From positions 24,873 through 88,872 of the forward strand of contig CANJVU010000002.1 in NCBI GenBank assembly GCA_947478525.1: 64,000 nucleotides of DNA, given 5' to 3'. The notes below the pieces were generated by a model. It was not told the origin of the DNA. It worked only from the letters and a program-made list of their open reading frames with translations, and ran no database searches. Shown here piece after piece: positions 8,862 through 18,650 of this stretch. Each line of letters begins with the position of its first letter. Position 1 is the first letter of the stretch. Made by a program: the position numbers and the translations under genes. This stretch comes from Thiotrichales bacterium. Lineage in GTDB: Bacteria > Pseudomonadota > Gammaproteobacteria > Francisellales > CACEW01.

Positions 8862-9923
8862 ATGAAATATCACAAAGGCCTATTTATCGGCCGCTTCCAA
8901 CCGATTCATCACGGTCATGTCCATGTGATCAAAGCCGGGTTGGCACAATGCGAGCAGTTAATTTTATTGATTGGTTCGATTCGTCGTGCGCCGTCGGTGA
9001 AAAACCCGTTCAGTTATGAGCAGCGCGTAGCAATGATCCGCGAGGTGTTGGCGGAACATGATCAATTACACGGTACCGATTTGAGTAATCGCGTGATTTA
9101 CCGTGGCATTGAAGATCAAATGTATGATGATGCACAATGGTTTAGCGACATCCACCAGATCGTGCGTGAAGCCAGTCAAGCCAATGATCGCATTGCGGTG
9201 GTGGGGCATGATAAAGATGCCTCGACTTGGTATCTGTCGCGTTTTGAGCATTGGGATTTATTGCACGTTGAGAATTATCAGGCACTCAACGCTACACCCA
9301 TCCGTCATGCCTATTTTGCCGGGCAACTGGCAACGGTTGGCAATCAATTGTCAGCGGCCTGTTTCGCCTGGTTAACACAGTTTGCGCAAACGCCCGAATA
9401 TCAACGCCTGTGTGATGAGTATCAGATGATTCAACGCTTTAAAGACGAATGGTCGCATACGCCATATCCCTCGATTTTTGTCACCACCGATTCGGTTGTC
9501 ACCTGCCAAAATCACCTGTTACTGATTCGTCGGGGACGCAATCCAGGCAAAGGTTTGTGGGCATTGCCCGGTGGGTTTTTGGAGGCGGGAGAGTTGATCG
9601 AAAGCGGTCTGTTGCGCGAATTGCGCGAAGAAACGTCGATTGGCTTGTCTGATGAAACCTTGCGCTTAGCATTGAAAAAAATCAGGCCGTTTGATCACCC
9701 TGGTCGTGCGCAGTTGGGGCGGATTATTACCCACGCTGGCTGGTTTGAGTTGCCGGGAGAATTTCCCGAAGTTAAAGCGGCCGATGATGCGGCGGAGATT
9801 CAGTGGTATCCGTTGTGTGATCTTGGTCGAATTCAAGATCAACTGCATGATGACCACTACCATATTGTGAAGCATTATTTGACTGAAAATGTTAAAATGC
9901 TTTCAAACAGAGTCAATGTGTAA
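8862..9923 (+). CDS. nadM: Bifunctional NMN adenylyltransferase / ADP-ribose pyrophosphatase (NadM-Nudix)
   Basis: IGRFQPIHHGH, KNPFSYEQR, ATPIR, Nudix box LPGGF...LRELREET and AADDA. Confidence 0.93.
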   Translation: MKYHKGLFIGRFQPIHHGHVHVIKAGLAQCEQLILLIGSIRRAPSVKNPFSYEQRVAMIREVLAEHDQLHGTDLSNRVIYRGIEDQMYDDAQWFSDIHQIVREASQANDRIAVVGHDKDASTWYLSRFEHWDLLHVENYQALNATPIRHAYFAGQLATVGNQLSAACFAWLTQFAQTPEYQRLCDEYQMIQRFKDEWSHTPYPSIFVTTDSVVTCQNHLLLIRRGRNPGKGLWALPGGFLEAGELIESGLLRELREETSIGLSDETLRLALKKIRPFDHPGRAQLGRIITHAGWFELPGEFPEVKAADDAAEIQWYPLCDLGRIQDQLHDDHYHIVKHYLTENVKMLSNRVNV

Positions 9924-9927
9924 TGTT

Positions 9928-11187
9928 ATGAAAATTAATTACGCGGTTATCGTTGATGGTTATTCCAGTGGCGGTGAATTTGCACAGCAGCTTAAACAAG
10001 AGGGCATTGCCTGTATACATATTCAAAGTAACCTTGAGATACCACCGGTTTATAAAAGCACCTTTAAGCCAGAAGATTACGTGTTACGGCTGATTTATAA
10101 TTCTGCTGAAGGAATAGAGTGTTTAATGCATCAGTTGATGCCTTATCAACCTCTGTTTATTATTCCTGGTGCTGAACCTGGCATTGAGCTTGCGGATACG
10201 TTAAGTTATCGCTTTAATCTCGATTGCAATGAATATGCGCTGAGTCCAGCGCGTCGTGATAAGTATCTGATGCAGCAGCGAATAGCGGCCTTTGGGTTGG
10301 CTGCTATTCCACAGATTAAATCATCGAATTTAGCCGTGCTAAAGGAATGGGCGGTGCAACAATGCCGATGGCCATTGGTGGTAAAGCCTTTGAACAGTGC
10401 AGGAGGAGATGGCGTTGCCATATGCTATAACCTCACGGAACTGGCTGCTGCGTATTCTGCCATCATGTCGGAAGCAGTAAACATGTTATTGTTGCCCAAC
10501 ACCGAAGTGTTATTGCAACACTATATTGCGGGTGAAGAGTTTGTGGTGAATACTGTCAGTAAAAACGGTCGACATGTGTTGTGTGAGATCTGGAAATACA
10601 AACGATTTAAAAGTGCAACGGGCTATATTTATGATTCTGCTTCGCTATGTGAATATTGTCCTGAACAGCGCCAGAGCCTGATAACCTATGCATACCAAGT
10701 TGCGGATAGCTTGGGTATAAGATTTGGTGCTATGCATGCTGAAATTATCCTGAATGAGGGTAATCCTATTCTGGTGGAGGCCGCGGCCAGAGTGATGGGA
10801 GGTAACTTACCGATGGTATTGTTATCTGGCTGTTTAAAGGGGCGCAATCAGTCCACCATGAATTTATTGAGTTATGCACAACCGGAAAAATTTGACGCTC
10901 TGGCAAGTCAACCTTATCAATTGGCTAAGCACATGACGGCAGTTTTCTTGGTTGCGCATCAATCTGGCATTTTAAACTCCATTAATTATTTGCTAGAAAT
11001 TAAAGCACTACCGTCTTTTCAGGGCATCAAGTTACGGATAAAGCCAGGTGATGCAGTGGTTGCAACCGTTAATTATGAAACCAGTCCAGGTATGTTGTAT
11101 TTGGCGCATGAAAATGCTGACGTATTGGAGCGCGATATAAAAATAATTCGTGAATATGAAAAAAATGGCATGTATCAGCTACAATGA
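9928..11187 (+). CDS. ATP-grasp amino-acid ligase, DdaF/NikS-like
   Basis: IVDGYSSG, ARRDKYLMQ, WPLVVKPLNSAGGDGV, GEEFVVN, GAMHAE, EAAARVMGG and TSPG. Confidence 0.88.
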   Translation: MKINYAVIVDGYSSGGEFAQQLKQEGIACIHIQSNLEIPPVYKSTFKPEDYVLRLIYNSAEGIECLMHQLMPYQPLFIIPGAEPGIELADTLSYRFNLDCNEYALSPARRDKYLMQQRIAAFGLAAIPQIKSSNLAVLKEWAVQQCRWPLVVKPLNSAGGDGVAICYNLTELAAAYSAIMSEAVNMLLLPNTEVLLQHYIAGEEFVVNTVSKNGRHVLCEIWKYKRFKSATGYIYDSASLCEYCPEQRQSLITYAYQVADSLGIRFGAMHAEIILNEGNPILVEAAARVMGGNLPMVLLSGCLKGRNQSTMNLLSYAQPEKFDALASQPYQLAKHMTAVFLVAHQSGILNSINYLLEIKALPSFQGIKLRIKPGDAVVATVNYETSPGMLYLAHENADVLERDIKIIREYEKNGMYQLQ

Positions 11188-11219
11188 GGCTAATCAATAC
11201 AAAAAAACGGTGGTGACCA

Positions 11220-12329
11220 ATGGCGATTGTTGGATTATTTCGATCAACCAAGGAAGATGAACGGCGCATTCCGCTGCATCCAGAGCATTTGCTCGCGCTT
11301 GAGCCAGGCATCAGAAGCACCTTATATTTTGAGGCCGGGTATGGTCAAGACTTTCAAATAGCGGATGAATTTTTTATCAAACATTCCGCTGGAGTTGTGC
11401 CACGTGCTCAATTGTTGGCGATGTCTGACTTGGCGATTATCTTGAAGCCTACCCCGCGTGACTTGCTTGCCATGAGACCTTATGCCAGCTTATGCGGGTG
11501 GGTGCACTGTGTGCAACAAGTGGCAATGACACAGGTGGCTATTGATCAAAAGCTTTCGCTTATTGCCCTGGACCGAATGCATTATTGGGTGGGGGATACC
11601 CATACGCATGTATTTTATAAAAACAACGAAATTGCTGGTGAAATGGGGGTTTACGAGGCGCTGCGGTTGTGCGGTTTTTTACCTAATTATGGCAGCCCAA
11701 TGAGTGCTGCGGTGATTTCTTTTGGGGCAGTAGGGCGCGGTGCTGTCTATGCATTGAAGCGTCTCGGTGTGCATGACATTACGGTATATTCGCGGCGAGA
11801 AGCAGGACACATTGCTGATCAGCAACCCGGGGTAGCGTATTATCAAATTGCTAAGACTGCTCAGGGTGAAGTTCAGGTGGTGGGTGATGATTTGTTGTTT
11901 GAACACCTCAAGCAGAAAGACGTCATCGTAAATGCCATTGCACAGGATACCGATGCACCGTGGATGTTTATGTATAACCAACAGATCAACCAGCTCAAAG
12001 CCAGTAGTATGATTGTGGACATCAGTTGTGATGAGGGACTTGGGTTTGAGTTTGCACAGCCCACTTCATTTAAAGCGCCTATTTGTAAGGTGGGCAATGC
12101 TTTCTATTATTCCGTAGATCATATCCCCAGCTGCGTGTGGAAGAGTGCATCATATGAAGTTTCTAAAGCGCTGTTACCGTTTTTAAAAATATTGTTGGCG
12201 GGCGAGTCAGCATGGATAGAAAATAATACCATCCATAATGCTATTGATTTATCTCATGGCATAGTTGTTAACCCTGCTATCTTAGCTTATCAAAAACGCA
12301 GCAGCCAATATCCTCATGAGATTTCTTAA
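11220..12329 (+). CDS. N5-(carboxyethyl)ornithine synthase-family (AlaDH/PNT superfamily) reductive condensation enzyme
   Basis: ERRIPLHP, FEAGYG, GWVH, FYKNNEIAG, Rossmann SFGAVGRGA, IVDISCD, PTSFKAP and YYSVDHIPS. Confidence 0.85.
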   Translation: MAIVGLFRSTKEDERRIPLHPEHLLALEPGIRSTLYFEAGYGQDFQIADEFFIKHSAGVVPRAQLLAMSDLAIILKPTPRDLLAMRPYASLCGWVHCVQQVAMTQVAIDQKLSLIALDRMHYWVGDTHTHVFYKNNEIAGEMGVYEALRLCGFLPNYGSPMSAAVISFGAVGRGAVYALKRLGVHDITVYSRREAGHIADQQPGVAYYQIAKTAQGEVQVVGDDLLFEHLKQKDVIVNAIAQDTDAPWMFMYNQQINQLKASSMIVDISCDEGLGFEFAQPTSFKAPICKVGNAFYYSVDHIPSCVWKSASYEVSKALLPFLKILLAGESAWIENNTIHNAIDLSHGIVVNPAILAYQKRSSQYPHEIS

Positions 12330-13744
12330 TATTTTGCAAGGAACGTCCATTTTTTTGAGCTGAGAAACAGCACAATAGAGACTATGATGGGTAAAATGCC
12401 AAAGATCAAAAACATCGTACTATAGTGAGCATTCGATGTGATGGCTGAGGTGCTGGTTGAGTTGCGCGTGAGGCTTGCAGAAAAGAAACTGGCAATGCTG
12501 CCAGAAACCCCGAGGATCATGATCCAAAATCCCATCATAAAAGATTGATGCTTTTTCTCGATGAGCTGGCCCACAATAGACCAGCCAATGGGGCCAATGA
12601 ATAATTCTCCAATCGATTGAAAAATATAGCTTGAAATGATCCACCAGACATTAGACATCCCACTGATATTAGCAAAATGAATGCCAATGGGCAGAATAAT
12701 AAACCCAAGACCCATCATAAACAATGACAGACTAAATTTTGCAAAAATAGAAATTTGGATTCCTTTTTTTGCCAATATGGCAAAGCCATAAGCAAGCAAA
12801 GGGCTGCCAATAACAATCAAAAAGGTATTAATATTTTGCAGCCATTGTGGTGCAATATAAAACCCGAATAAATCTTTTGCAACGTTGTTTTGCACAAATA
12901 CCATCAGCCCCATCGGTGCCATCAAGTAGACTGACCAAAATACGGTGCCCATCAATACCATTAAGAGGAAAATAAGCGTGTTATGACGAGTAATGACATT
13001 CGGCTTTTTCACCGTAACCCAAACGGTGCCGCAGAACAGCAATAACCACAGCACAATGACCCCCAGATTAATGGTGTGTGCATACAGTAGCAGTAATCGA
13101 ATAATGGGAATGGCAATGATCAACAGGCAGGTGCCTAAGATAAAATGAGTATGTTGCGTATCGCCTTGCGCCAGTTTTTTCCAGTACACCAGAGTGACCA
13201 GTAAAGCCAGGATGCTCAGAATGGCCGTAATTAAAAAAACGTCGGCGTAATGATGAATGATGCCAAAATAGCCCGCTAAGGTATATCCTGCAAAATAGCC
13301 AACATTCATGCCAGAGTAACTGTACAGGAATATTTTTTCTCGACTCATTTTCTCTTGAAAACAGTTGGTGATCAACATGTTTAAGCTCATCGATGCAGTA
13401 ATACAACCGGCAAGGAAGAATGAAAGCGCCCAGTAAAAATAAACGGGTCCTGCAAAAAATAGCAGGCCAGAAATGGCTTGTAGTAAGATACCAAAGCACA
13501 GCGATAAGCGGTGGTTTAACAAGGTTCCACTGATTAGTCCACCAAGACAGGGCAATCCATAATTTAATGCTAGAAACCCACCCGTCACAAAAATAGCGGT
13601 ATCGTTGGAGATTTTAAGCTCGCTAACCATGTATAGCAGTAATGATGAATAGAGTACTGCAAAAGCAACAGATTCCAATACCCTCATCAGAAAGAAAATA
13701 ACGGTTAATTGCAACGTTGAGTTAGCGTGGTGTTGCGTTGTCAT
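12326..13744 (-). CDS. POT/PTR family proton-dependent oligopeptide transporter
   Basis: About 14 hydrophobic segments; FLYSYSGMNVGYF, WLQNINTFLI...P, KFSLSL and GELFIGPIG. Confidence 0.85.
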   Translation of the reverse strand: MTTQHHANSTLQLTVIFFLMRVLESVAFAVLYSSLLLYMVSELKISNDTAIFVTGGFLALNYGLPCLGGLISGTLLNHRLSLCFGILLQAISGLLFFAGPVYFYWALSFFLAGCITASMSLNMLITNCFQEKMSREKIFLYSYSGMNVGYFAGYTLAGYFGIIHHYADVFLITAILSILALLVTLVYWKKLAQGDTQHTHFILGTCLLIIAIPIIRLLLLYAHTINLGVIVLWLLLFCGTVWVTVKKPNVITRHNTLIFLLMVLMGTVFWSVYLMAPMGLMVFVQNNVAKDLFGFYIAPQWLQNINTFLIVIGSPLLAYGFAILAKKGIQISIFAKFSLSLFMMGLGFIILPIGIHFANISGMSNVWWIISSYIFQSIGELFIGPIGWSIVGQLIEKKHQSFMMGFWIMILGVSGSIASFFSASLTRNSTSTSAITSNAHYSTMFLIFGILPIIVSIVLFLSSKKWTFLAKY

Positions 13745-15080
13745 CTGGCTTCTTATCGCTTAGTTTTATGCAGCCGCGTACAAAGGTGCTGTGATCGGGA
13801 AAGGCTAACTGTTTGTCAGCAAATCGAGTGTCTTCAATTGGGATCATCGAAGCATCTTTAATCGGGTGATGAATTTCTGAGGGGGCATGGTGATAGTAGT
13901 CAAAACACAGAGAGGTGGCAATGTGATACAGTGAAGTAGATTGCGCAAGGCTATTTTTTTGAATACCATCCAGGTATTTATTTACCACGGTGGTTAAGTC
14001 ATCCAATGCGACAATAATGGTTTTAGCGTTTTTCAGGAAATACGGATCATTTTGCACCAGTGTGGGGTGGCTTAATGAGTAATAAACCGGTGCTTGATTC
14101 GCTTTAAACAATGCGGGTTCCATAATGATAGGAGTGGTGTTGATTTCGTAAGTCTCAAGATACGCTTTTTGAATCAAGTCTACTGGAGCGGATTCATTGT
14201 TTTGAGCAGGTCTATAACCCGGAAATGCACCTTCTGCAATGGCAAATAAATGCTTCGCTGTATCGAGAATATAAGCAGAAGATTTAATGTTTCGGCTTTG
14301 TTCAATGATATTAAAGGTAATTTCCCAACTTAAAATGTTACGCCAAAACTCGTAGGATAAACGGTTTTTGCGCAGCATGTAGGTGTATAACTTCAGCCAT
14401 GCCGGATCATTCAGTTGTTCAAACCAGTTATTTGAAAAAAATAAAAATTCAGAACGCCACTCGGCCTTGGTTTGCTTGGCAAGTTCCTTGAAGATAGGAA
14501 AATGATCTTCATAGCCATTGGGTTTTTCAACGCCCAGGCGATAGGCTTTTTTTAATTTAGTATGGCTGGCGTTATGCCCAATTTTTGGCAACATAAACAA
14601 AGAACGTGCACCTGAGGTCATGCGCCACATAAAGAGCGATGATCGGGGTGATTCTACATTGGCGTCTATTTTATCTAAGATCCGGTTGAAGCCAAAGGTA
14701 TCGCCAGGTGCAACCATAGAATAAGGTAGGATACGGTTTTCTATTTGCAGATAAAATTCAGAGCTCTTTTGTAGGACAATTCCCACTGGGTTACTGTTGT
14801 AGGGATTATAATTTAGCTGTTTGGCTAACGCTTTCGGTAGTGCTGGGTCATTAAAAGAGATTCCTTCGCCATTCGCAAGTGGCAGCAGAGATTCGGTTTC
14901 GCTGATGACTTCCATGCCGTAAGGATATTTGGCTTTATAAAGTGTAAATTGATCGCCTGGTGATAATTCGTCGATAATATTCACAAGCTCTTGATTAAGG
15001 GGGGCGATAAGTGTTCTCGCTTGTGCCCAGGTTAATTCTTCGATGTCGATTATTTTGCCATCTGTTGTGCTAAAGCTCAT
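13722..15080 (-). CDS. Uncharacterised 452-aa soluble protein with a possible degenerate cNMP-binding-like segment
   Basis: Long ORF overlapping the POT start; the segment GIVLQKSSEFY...YSMVAPGDTFG resembles a CRP-type beta-roll. Confidence 0.7.
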   Translation of the reverse strand: MSFSTTDGKIIDIEELTWAQARTLIAPLNQELVNIIDELSPGDQFTLYKAKYPYGMEVISETESLLPLANGEGISFNDPALPKALAKQLNYNPYNSNPVGIVLQKSSEFYLQIENRILPYSMVAPGDTFGFNRILDKIDANVESPRSSLFMWRMTSGARSLFMLPKIGHNASHTKLKKAYRLGVEKPNGYEDHFPIFKELAKQTKAEWRSEFLFFSNNWFEQLNDPAWLKLYTYMLRKNRLSYEFWRNILSWEITFNIIEQSRNIKSSAYILDTAKHLFAIAEGAFPGYRPAQNNESAPVDLIQKAYLETYEINTTPIIMEPALFKANQAPVYYSLSHPTLVQNDPYFLKNAKTIIVALDDLTTVVNKYLDGIQKNSLAQSTSLYHIATSLCFDYYHHAPSEIHHPIKDASMIPIEDTRFADKQLAFPDHSTFVRGCIKLSDKKPDDNATPR

Positions 15081-15086
15081 AACGGA

Positions 15087-15371
15087 TTATCTCTTTTCAT
15101 TGTAGAGTGAATGTTTCGCCAATGATGAATGATGAATCAACCAATACGCTACTAACACTAAAATCCCGCCCAGCAAGGTGGCCAGTGTCCACGCAAAACC
15201 AGGGATAAATTGGATCGGTAGGTAGTTGCGGTGGCGCTCACCGACATCGCGGGCGACACCCGCCGCGAAAATAATGTGTAAAATCACCGTGGCCAGCATG
15301 ATCAAGGCTTGAAAACTCATGATGGTTTGAGAATATTGGGACAACAACTCATCGAGCATGAATGTATTCAT
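15087..15371 (-). CDS. Small two-helix membrane protein
   Basis: Two hydrophobic stretches; co-oriented with the asnS run. Confidence 0.7.
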   Translation of the reverse strand: MNTFMLDELLSQYSQTIMSFQALIMLATVILHIIFAAGVARDVGERHRNYLPIQFIPGFAWTLATLLGGILVLVAYWLIHHSSLAKHSLYNEKR

Positions 15372-15441
15372 AGATACGAGTAATGGATTGCAGCATATGT
15401 TCTAAATAATCCTGTAAGCGAATGGTATCTTTTTTGCTCAT
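15349..15441 (-). pseudogene. Truncated HepT/DUF86 (HEPN) toxin remnant
   Basis: ATGA-coupled to the MNT gene; reads MSKKDTIRLQDYLEHMLQSITRIYEYIHAR*, the typical DUF86 N-terminus, and stops before the RX4H motif. Confidence 0.8.
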
Positions 15442-15734
15442 ACATTTATTGCCTCTGCGAGCACTTGCAGGCGAAAACGTTCTGGTAATGCTTTAGGGGT
15501 TAGTACATCAACCGTAATCCCTAATAATTTTTGTAAGTGATTTTGGATGCGTCCGATATCCAGTAGGGTTGTTTTTGGAGTAAGATCAATCAATAAATCA
15601 AGGTCGCTGGTATCGGTATCATCGCCGTGAATCACGGAACCAAAAACACGAGGATTGCTGCCATGGTTTTGTGCAACAATCTGCCGAATCATAACTCGGT
15701 TTTTTTGAAGTGCTTCAGAGGGTTTCATGAGCAT
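15438..15734 (-). CDS. Minimal nucleotidyltransferase (MntA-type antitoxin)
   Basis: RVFGSVIHGDDTDTSDLDLLI (GS-X10-DXD) and VDVLT; 98 aa. Confidence 0.9.
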   Translation of the reverse strand: MLMKPSEALQKNRVMIRQIVAQNHGSNPRVFGSVIHGDDTDTSDLDLLIDLTPKTTLLDIGRIQNHLQKLLGITVDVLTPKALPERFRLQVLAEAINV

Positions 15735-15740
15735 ACTCCT

Positions 15741-17138
15741 TTAAAAGCTCGCATTGCCCGGTGTTCTGGGGAATGGGTTGATGTCACGGATATTGTTCAC
15801 GCCCGTCAAATAGCCGACCAGTCGTTCAAAGCCTAACCCAAAGCCCGCATGCGGTACGCTGCCATAACGGCGTAGGTCGCGGTACCAGTGGTAATCTTCC
15901 ACTTTCATGCCACACTCGACAATGCGGCGATCGAGCACATCCAGGCGTTCTTCACGCTGGCTGCCGCCGATAATTTCGCCAATGCCAGGCACCAGTACAT
16001 CCATTGCCGCAACGGTTTTATTGTCGTCGTTTAGGCGCATGTAGAACGCTTTGATTTCTTTGGGGTAGTTCATCAAAATAATGGGGCCTTTTATGTGTTG
16101 TTCACACAGGTAACGCTCGTGTTCGGACTGTAAATCTAAGCCCCATTTAACTGGGTATTCAAATTTGTGTTTACTGGCCAATAAAATCTCGATGGCTTCA
16201 GAATATTCCATGCGCGTGAAAGGAGTGTTGAGTACTTGTTGTAAGCGCTCGAGGCAGGTTTTGTCGACCCATTCGTTAAAGAATTTCAGGTCGTCTTCCC
16301 GTTCGGAAAACACGGTTTTAATGACGTGTTTTAATAAATCTTCCGCCAGTTGCGCATCCTCTTTTAAATTGGCAAACGCGACTTCGGGTTCTAGCATCCA
16401 GAATTCAGCCAAATGGCGGCTGGTGTTGGAGTTCTCGGCGCGAAAGGTGGGGCCAAACGTATAAACTTTGGATAATCCCAAGGCATAAGTTTCTGCATTT
16501 AGCTGGCCAGAAACAGTGAGATAGGCTTCGCGACCAAAGAAATCTTGGCTGAAATCGACTTTGCCTTCTTTGGTTTTGGGTAGGTTCATTAAGTCCAGGG
16601 TTGAGACACGGAACAATTCTCCTGCGCCTTCGCAGTCGCTGGCGGTAATGATCGGCGTATTAACCCAAAAAAAACCTTGTTGATGGAAAAAATCATGAAT
16701 CGCATGTGCCACGCAATGGCGCATGCGTGACACCGCGCCCATCAAGTTTGTGCGCACGCGTAGGTGTGCATATTCACGCAAATGCTCGACGGTATGGCGT
16801 TTCGGCGACATTGGATAAGTTTCTGGGTCTTCAATCCAACCGAATACATTAATGTCGGTAGCTTGAATTTCTACCGATTGACCTTGGCCTTGTGAGGCGA
16901 TTAATTTCCCGGTCACTGCGATGGAGCAGTCTTTGGTAAGTTTTAATACTTCGCTGTCATAATTCGCCAACGTGCTCGGTACCACCGCTTGAATGGTTGC
17001 CATGCAGGAACCGTCAGAAATGGCGACAAACGAAATGCCGGCTTTGGAATCGCGGCGGGTGCGCACCCAGCCTTTGACCGTTACGGTTTGGTTAATGAGT
17101 GTGGCATCGGTTAACAGGGTATGAATACTGAAAGACAT
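15741..17138 (-). CDS. asnS: Asparagine--tRNA ligase
   Basis: [47 protein letters not shown] and [12 protein letters not shown]. Confidence 0.98.
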   Translation of the reverse strand: MSFSIHTLLTDATLINQTVTVKGWVRTRRDSKAGISFVAISDGSCMATIQAVVPSTLANYDSEVLKLTKDCSIAVTGKLIASQGQGQSVEIQATDINVFGWIEDPETYPMSPKRHTVEHLREYAHLRVRTNLMGAVSRMRHCVAHAIHDFFHQQGFFWVNTPIITASDCEGAGELFRVSTLDLMNLPKTKEGKVDFSQDFFGREAYLTVSGQLNAETYALGLSKVYTFGPTFRAENSNTSRHLAEFWMLEPEVAFANLKEDAQLAEDLLKHVIKTVFSEREDDLKFFNEWVDKTCLERLQQVLNTPFTRMEYSEAIEILLASKHKFEYPVKWGLDLQSEHERYLCEQHIKGPIILMNYPKEIKAFYMRLNDDNKTVAAMDVLVPGIGEIIGGSQREERLDVLDRRIVECGMKVEDYHWYRDLRRYGSVPHAGFGLGFERLVGYLTGVNNIRDINPFPRTPGNASF

Positions 17139-17159
17139 AAGCGGTATCAACCTCTCGCG

Positions 17160-17675
17160 CTAGTAAGACAAATAGACAACGTAGCCAAAGCAGAAAATAT
17201 ACAGCAACCCGAAAATAAATGGTAGGAATAATTCCATGCGGCGTAGGGGGTTGTAAGATTTGTCTTGGTTCAATGCTTTGGTTTCAGCAAAACCAATAGC
17301 TTTGCACGGTAAGCGTTTTTCTAATTCATTGATTACCAAGTTTTTGGCAGTGCTTAAGTGACGATAGTATTGCACCACACGCCACCAGGCGTAACACATG
17401 ACCAGAACGCCCAGCAGTGTAATCAACAGTAAGCCAAACTGGTTGACCACTGGCGCGCGGCTCAATGACAACCCTAGAATTCCTAAAATAGCGGTGTGCA
17501 AAGTCAGGAAAAACACATTGGCCAATACGCGACGGGCGTTGATCCGGTCATTCATTTCAACGTAAATTTTGTATTGTTCCATCAGTAAGTGATGAAAAGT
17601 CTCATTGCTGAATGATTCGGTATCGTTTTCGTTCCAAAGGACTTTGCTGATATCCGGTTCTGTGCCTCGAGCCAT
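17160..17675 (-). CDS. Three-helix membrane protein of the EQYK.YVE..DRI..RR..AN.FF family
   Basis: LLMEQYKIYVEMNDRINARRVLANVFFLTLH, W..VVQYYR.L..AK..VINELEKRLP and E..LP.IF. Confidence 0.75.
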   Translation of the reverse strand: MARGTEPDISKVLWNENDTESFSNETFHHLLMEQYKIYVEMNDRINARRVLANVFFLTLHTAILGILGLSLSRAPVVNQFGLLLITLLGVLVMCYAWWRVVQYYRHLSTAKNLVINELEKRLPCKAIGFAETKALNQDKSYNPLRRMELFLPFIFGLLYIFCFGYVVYLSY

Positions 17676-17715
17676 GGTGAGTTCCTATGCTGTGGTTAGG
17701 TTAAGGATCATCATA

Positions 17716-18639
17716 TCACAAAATTGATTCATTCGCCCAGTCTCGGATGGGTAAAAAATCTGTGTATAATTCCTGTTCGGGAGTTCCTGGCGCTGGTTGC
17801 CAGTTGTAACGCCAATTAACGATGGGTGGCAGCGACATTAAAATTGATTCAGTGCGGCCACCAGACTGTAATCCAAATAGGGTGCCGCGGTCATACACCA
17901 AGTTAAATTCGACATAGCGACCACGACGATACAGTTGAAAATCGCGTTCGCGCTGTGTATACGGTGTATTTTTGCGTTGTTGCATAATGGCGCAATAGGC
18001 TTTGCAATAGTGTGCACTGACGCTTTGTAGAAATGCCAGGGATTGCTCCAAGCCGAGTTCGTTAAAGTCATCAAAAAAAATGCCGCCAATGCCGCGGGCT
18101 TCTTGACGGTGTTTAAGGTAAAAATATTCATCACACCATTTTTTGAATTTGGGATGCAGCGCTTTGCCAAAAGGGTCGCAAGCCGCTTGTGCAGCCTTAT
18201 GCCAAGCGATACAGTCTTCATTAAACCCGTAGTAAGGGGTTAAGTCAAATCCACCACCACACCACCAGGTGCTGATTTCGCCGTTAGGTTTTTTGGCGAA
18301 GAATAAACGCACGTTGAAATGTGAGGTGGGCACGTAGGGGTTTTTTGGATGCATTACAATGGAAACGCCCATTGCTTCGAAGCCACAACCGGCGAGTTCT
18401 GGACGTTGCGCGGTGGCGCTGGCGGGTAATGATTTACCCATGACATGGGAAAAATTAACACCGCCTTGTTCGATCACGCTGCCGTTTTGCAGTAAGCGGG
18501 TAATACCGCCGCCACCATGATCATGTTGCCAGGTGTCGGTGACAAACTGACCGCTGCCATTTTCGGTTTCAATGGCTTGGCAGATCTGCCGTTGTAGATC
18601 GGTCAATGCTTGCTTGGCTTTGGCGTAAAAGAGTTGCAT
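17716..18639 (-). CDS. hemF: Oxygen-dependent coproporphyrinogen III oxidase
   Basis: [29 protein letters not shown] and [20 protein letters not shown]. Confidence 0.97.
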   Translation of the reverse strand: MQLFYAKAKQALTDLQRQICQAIETENGSGQFVTDTWQHDHGGGGITRLLQNGSVIEQGGVNFSHVMGKSLPASATAQRPELAGCGFEAMGVSIVMHPKNPYVPTSHFNVRLFFAKKPNGEISTWWCGGGFDLTPYYGFNEDCIAWHKAAQAACDPFGKALHPKFKKWCDEYFYLKHRQEARGIGGIFFDDFNELGLEQSLAFLQSVSAHYCKAYCAIMQQRKNTPYTQRERDFQLYRRGRYVEFNLVYDRGTLFGLQSGGRTESILMSLPPIVNWRYNWQPAPGTPEQELYTDFLPIRDWANESIL

Positions 18640-18650
18640 GGTTATATCTC

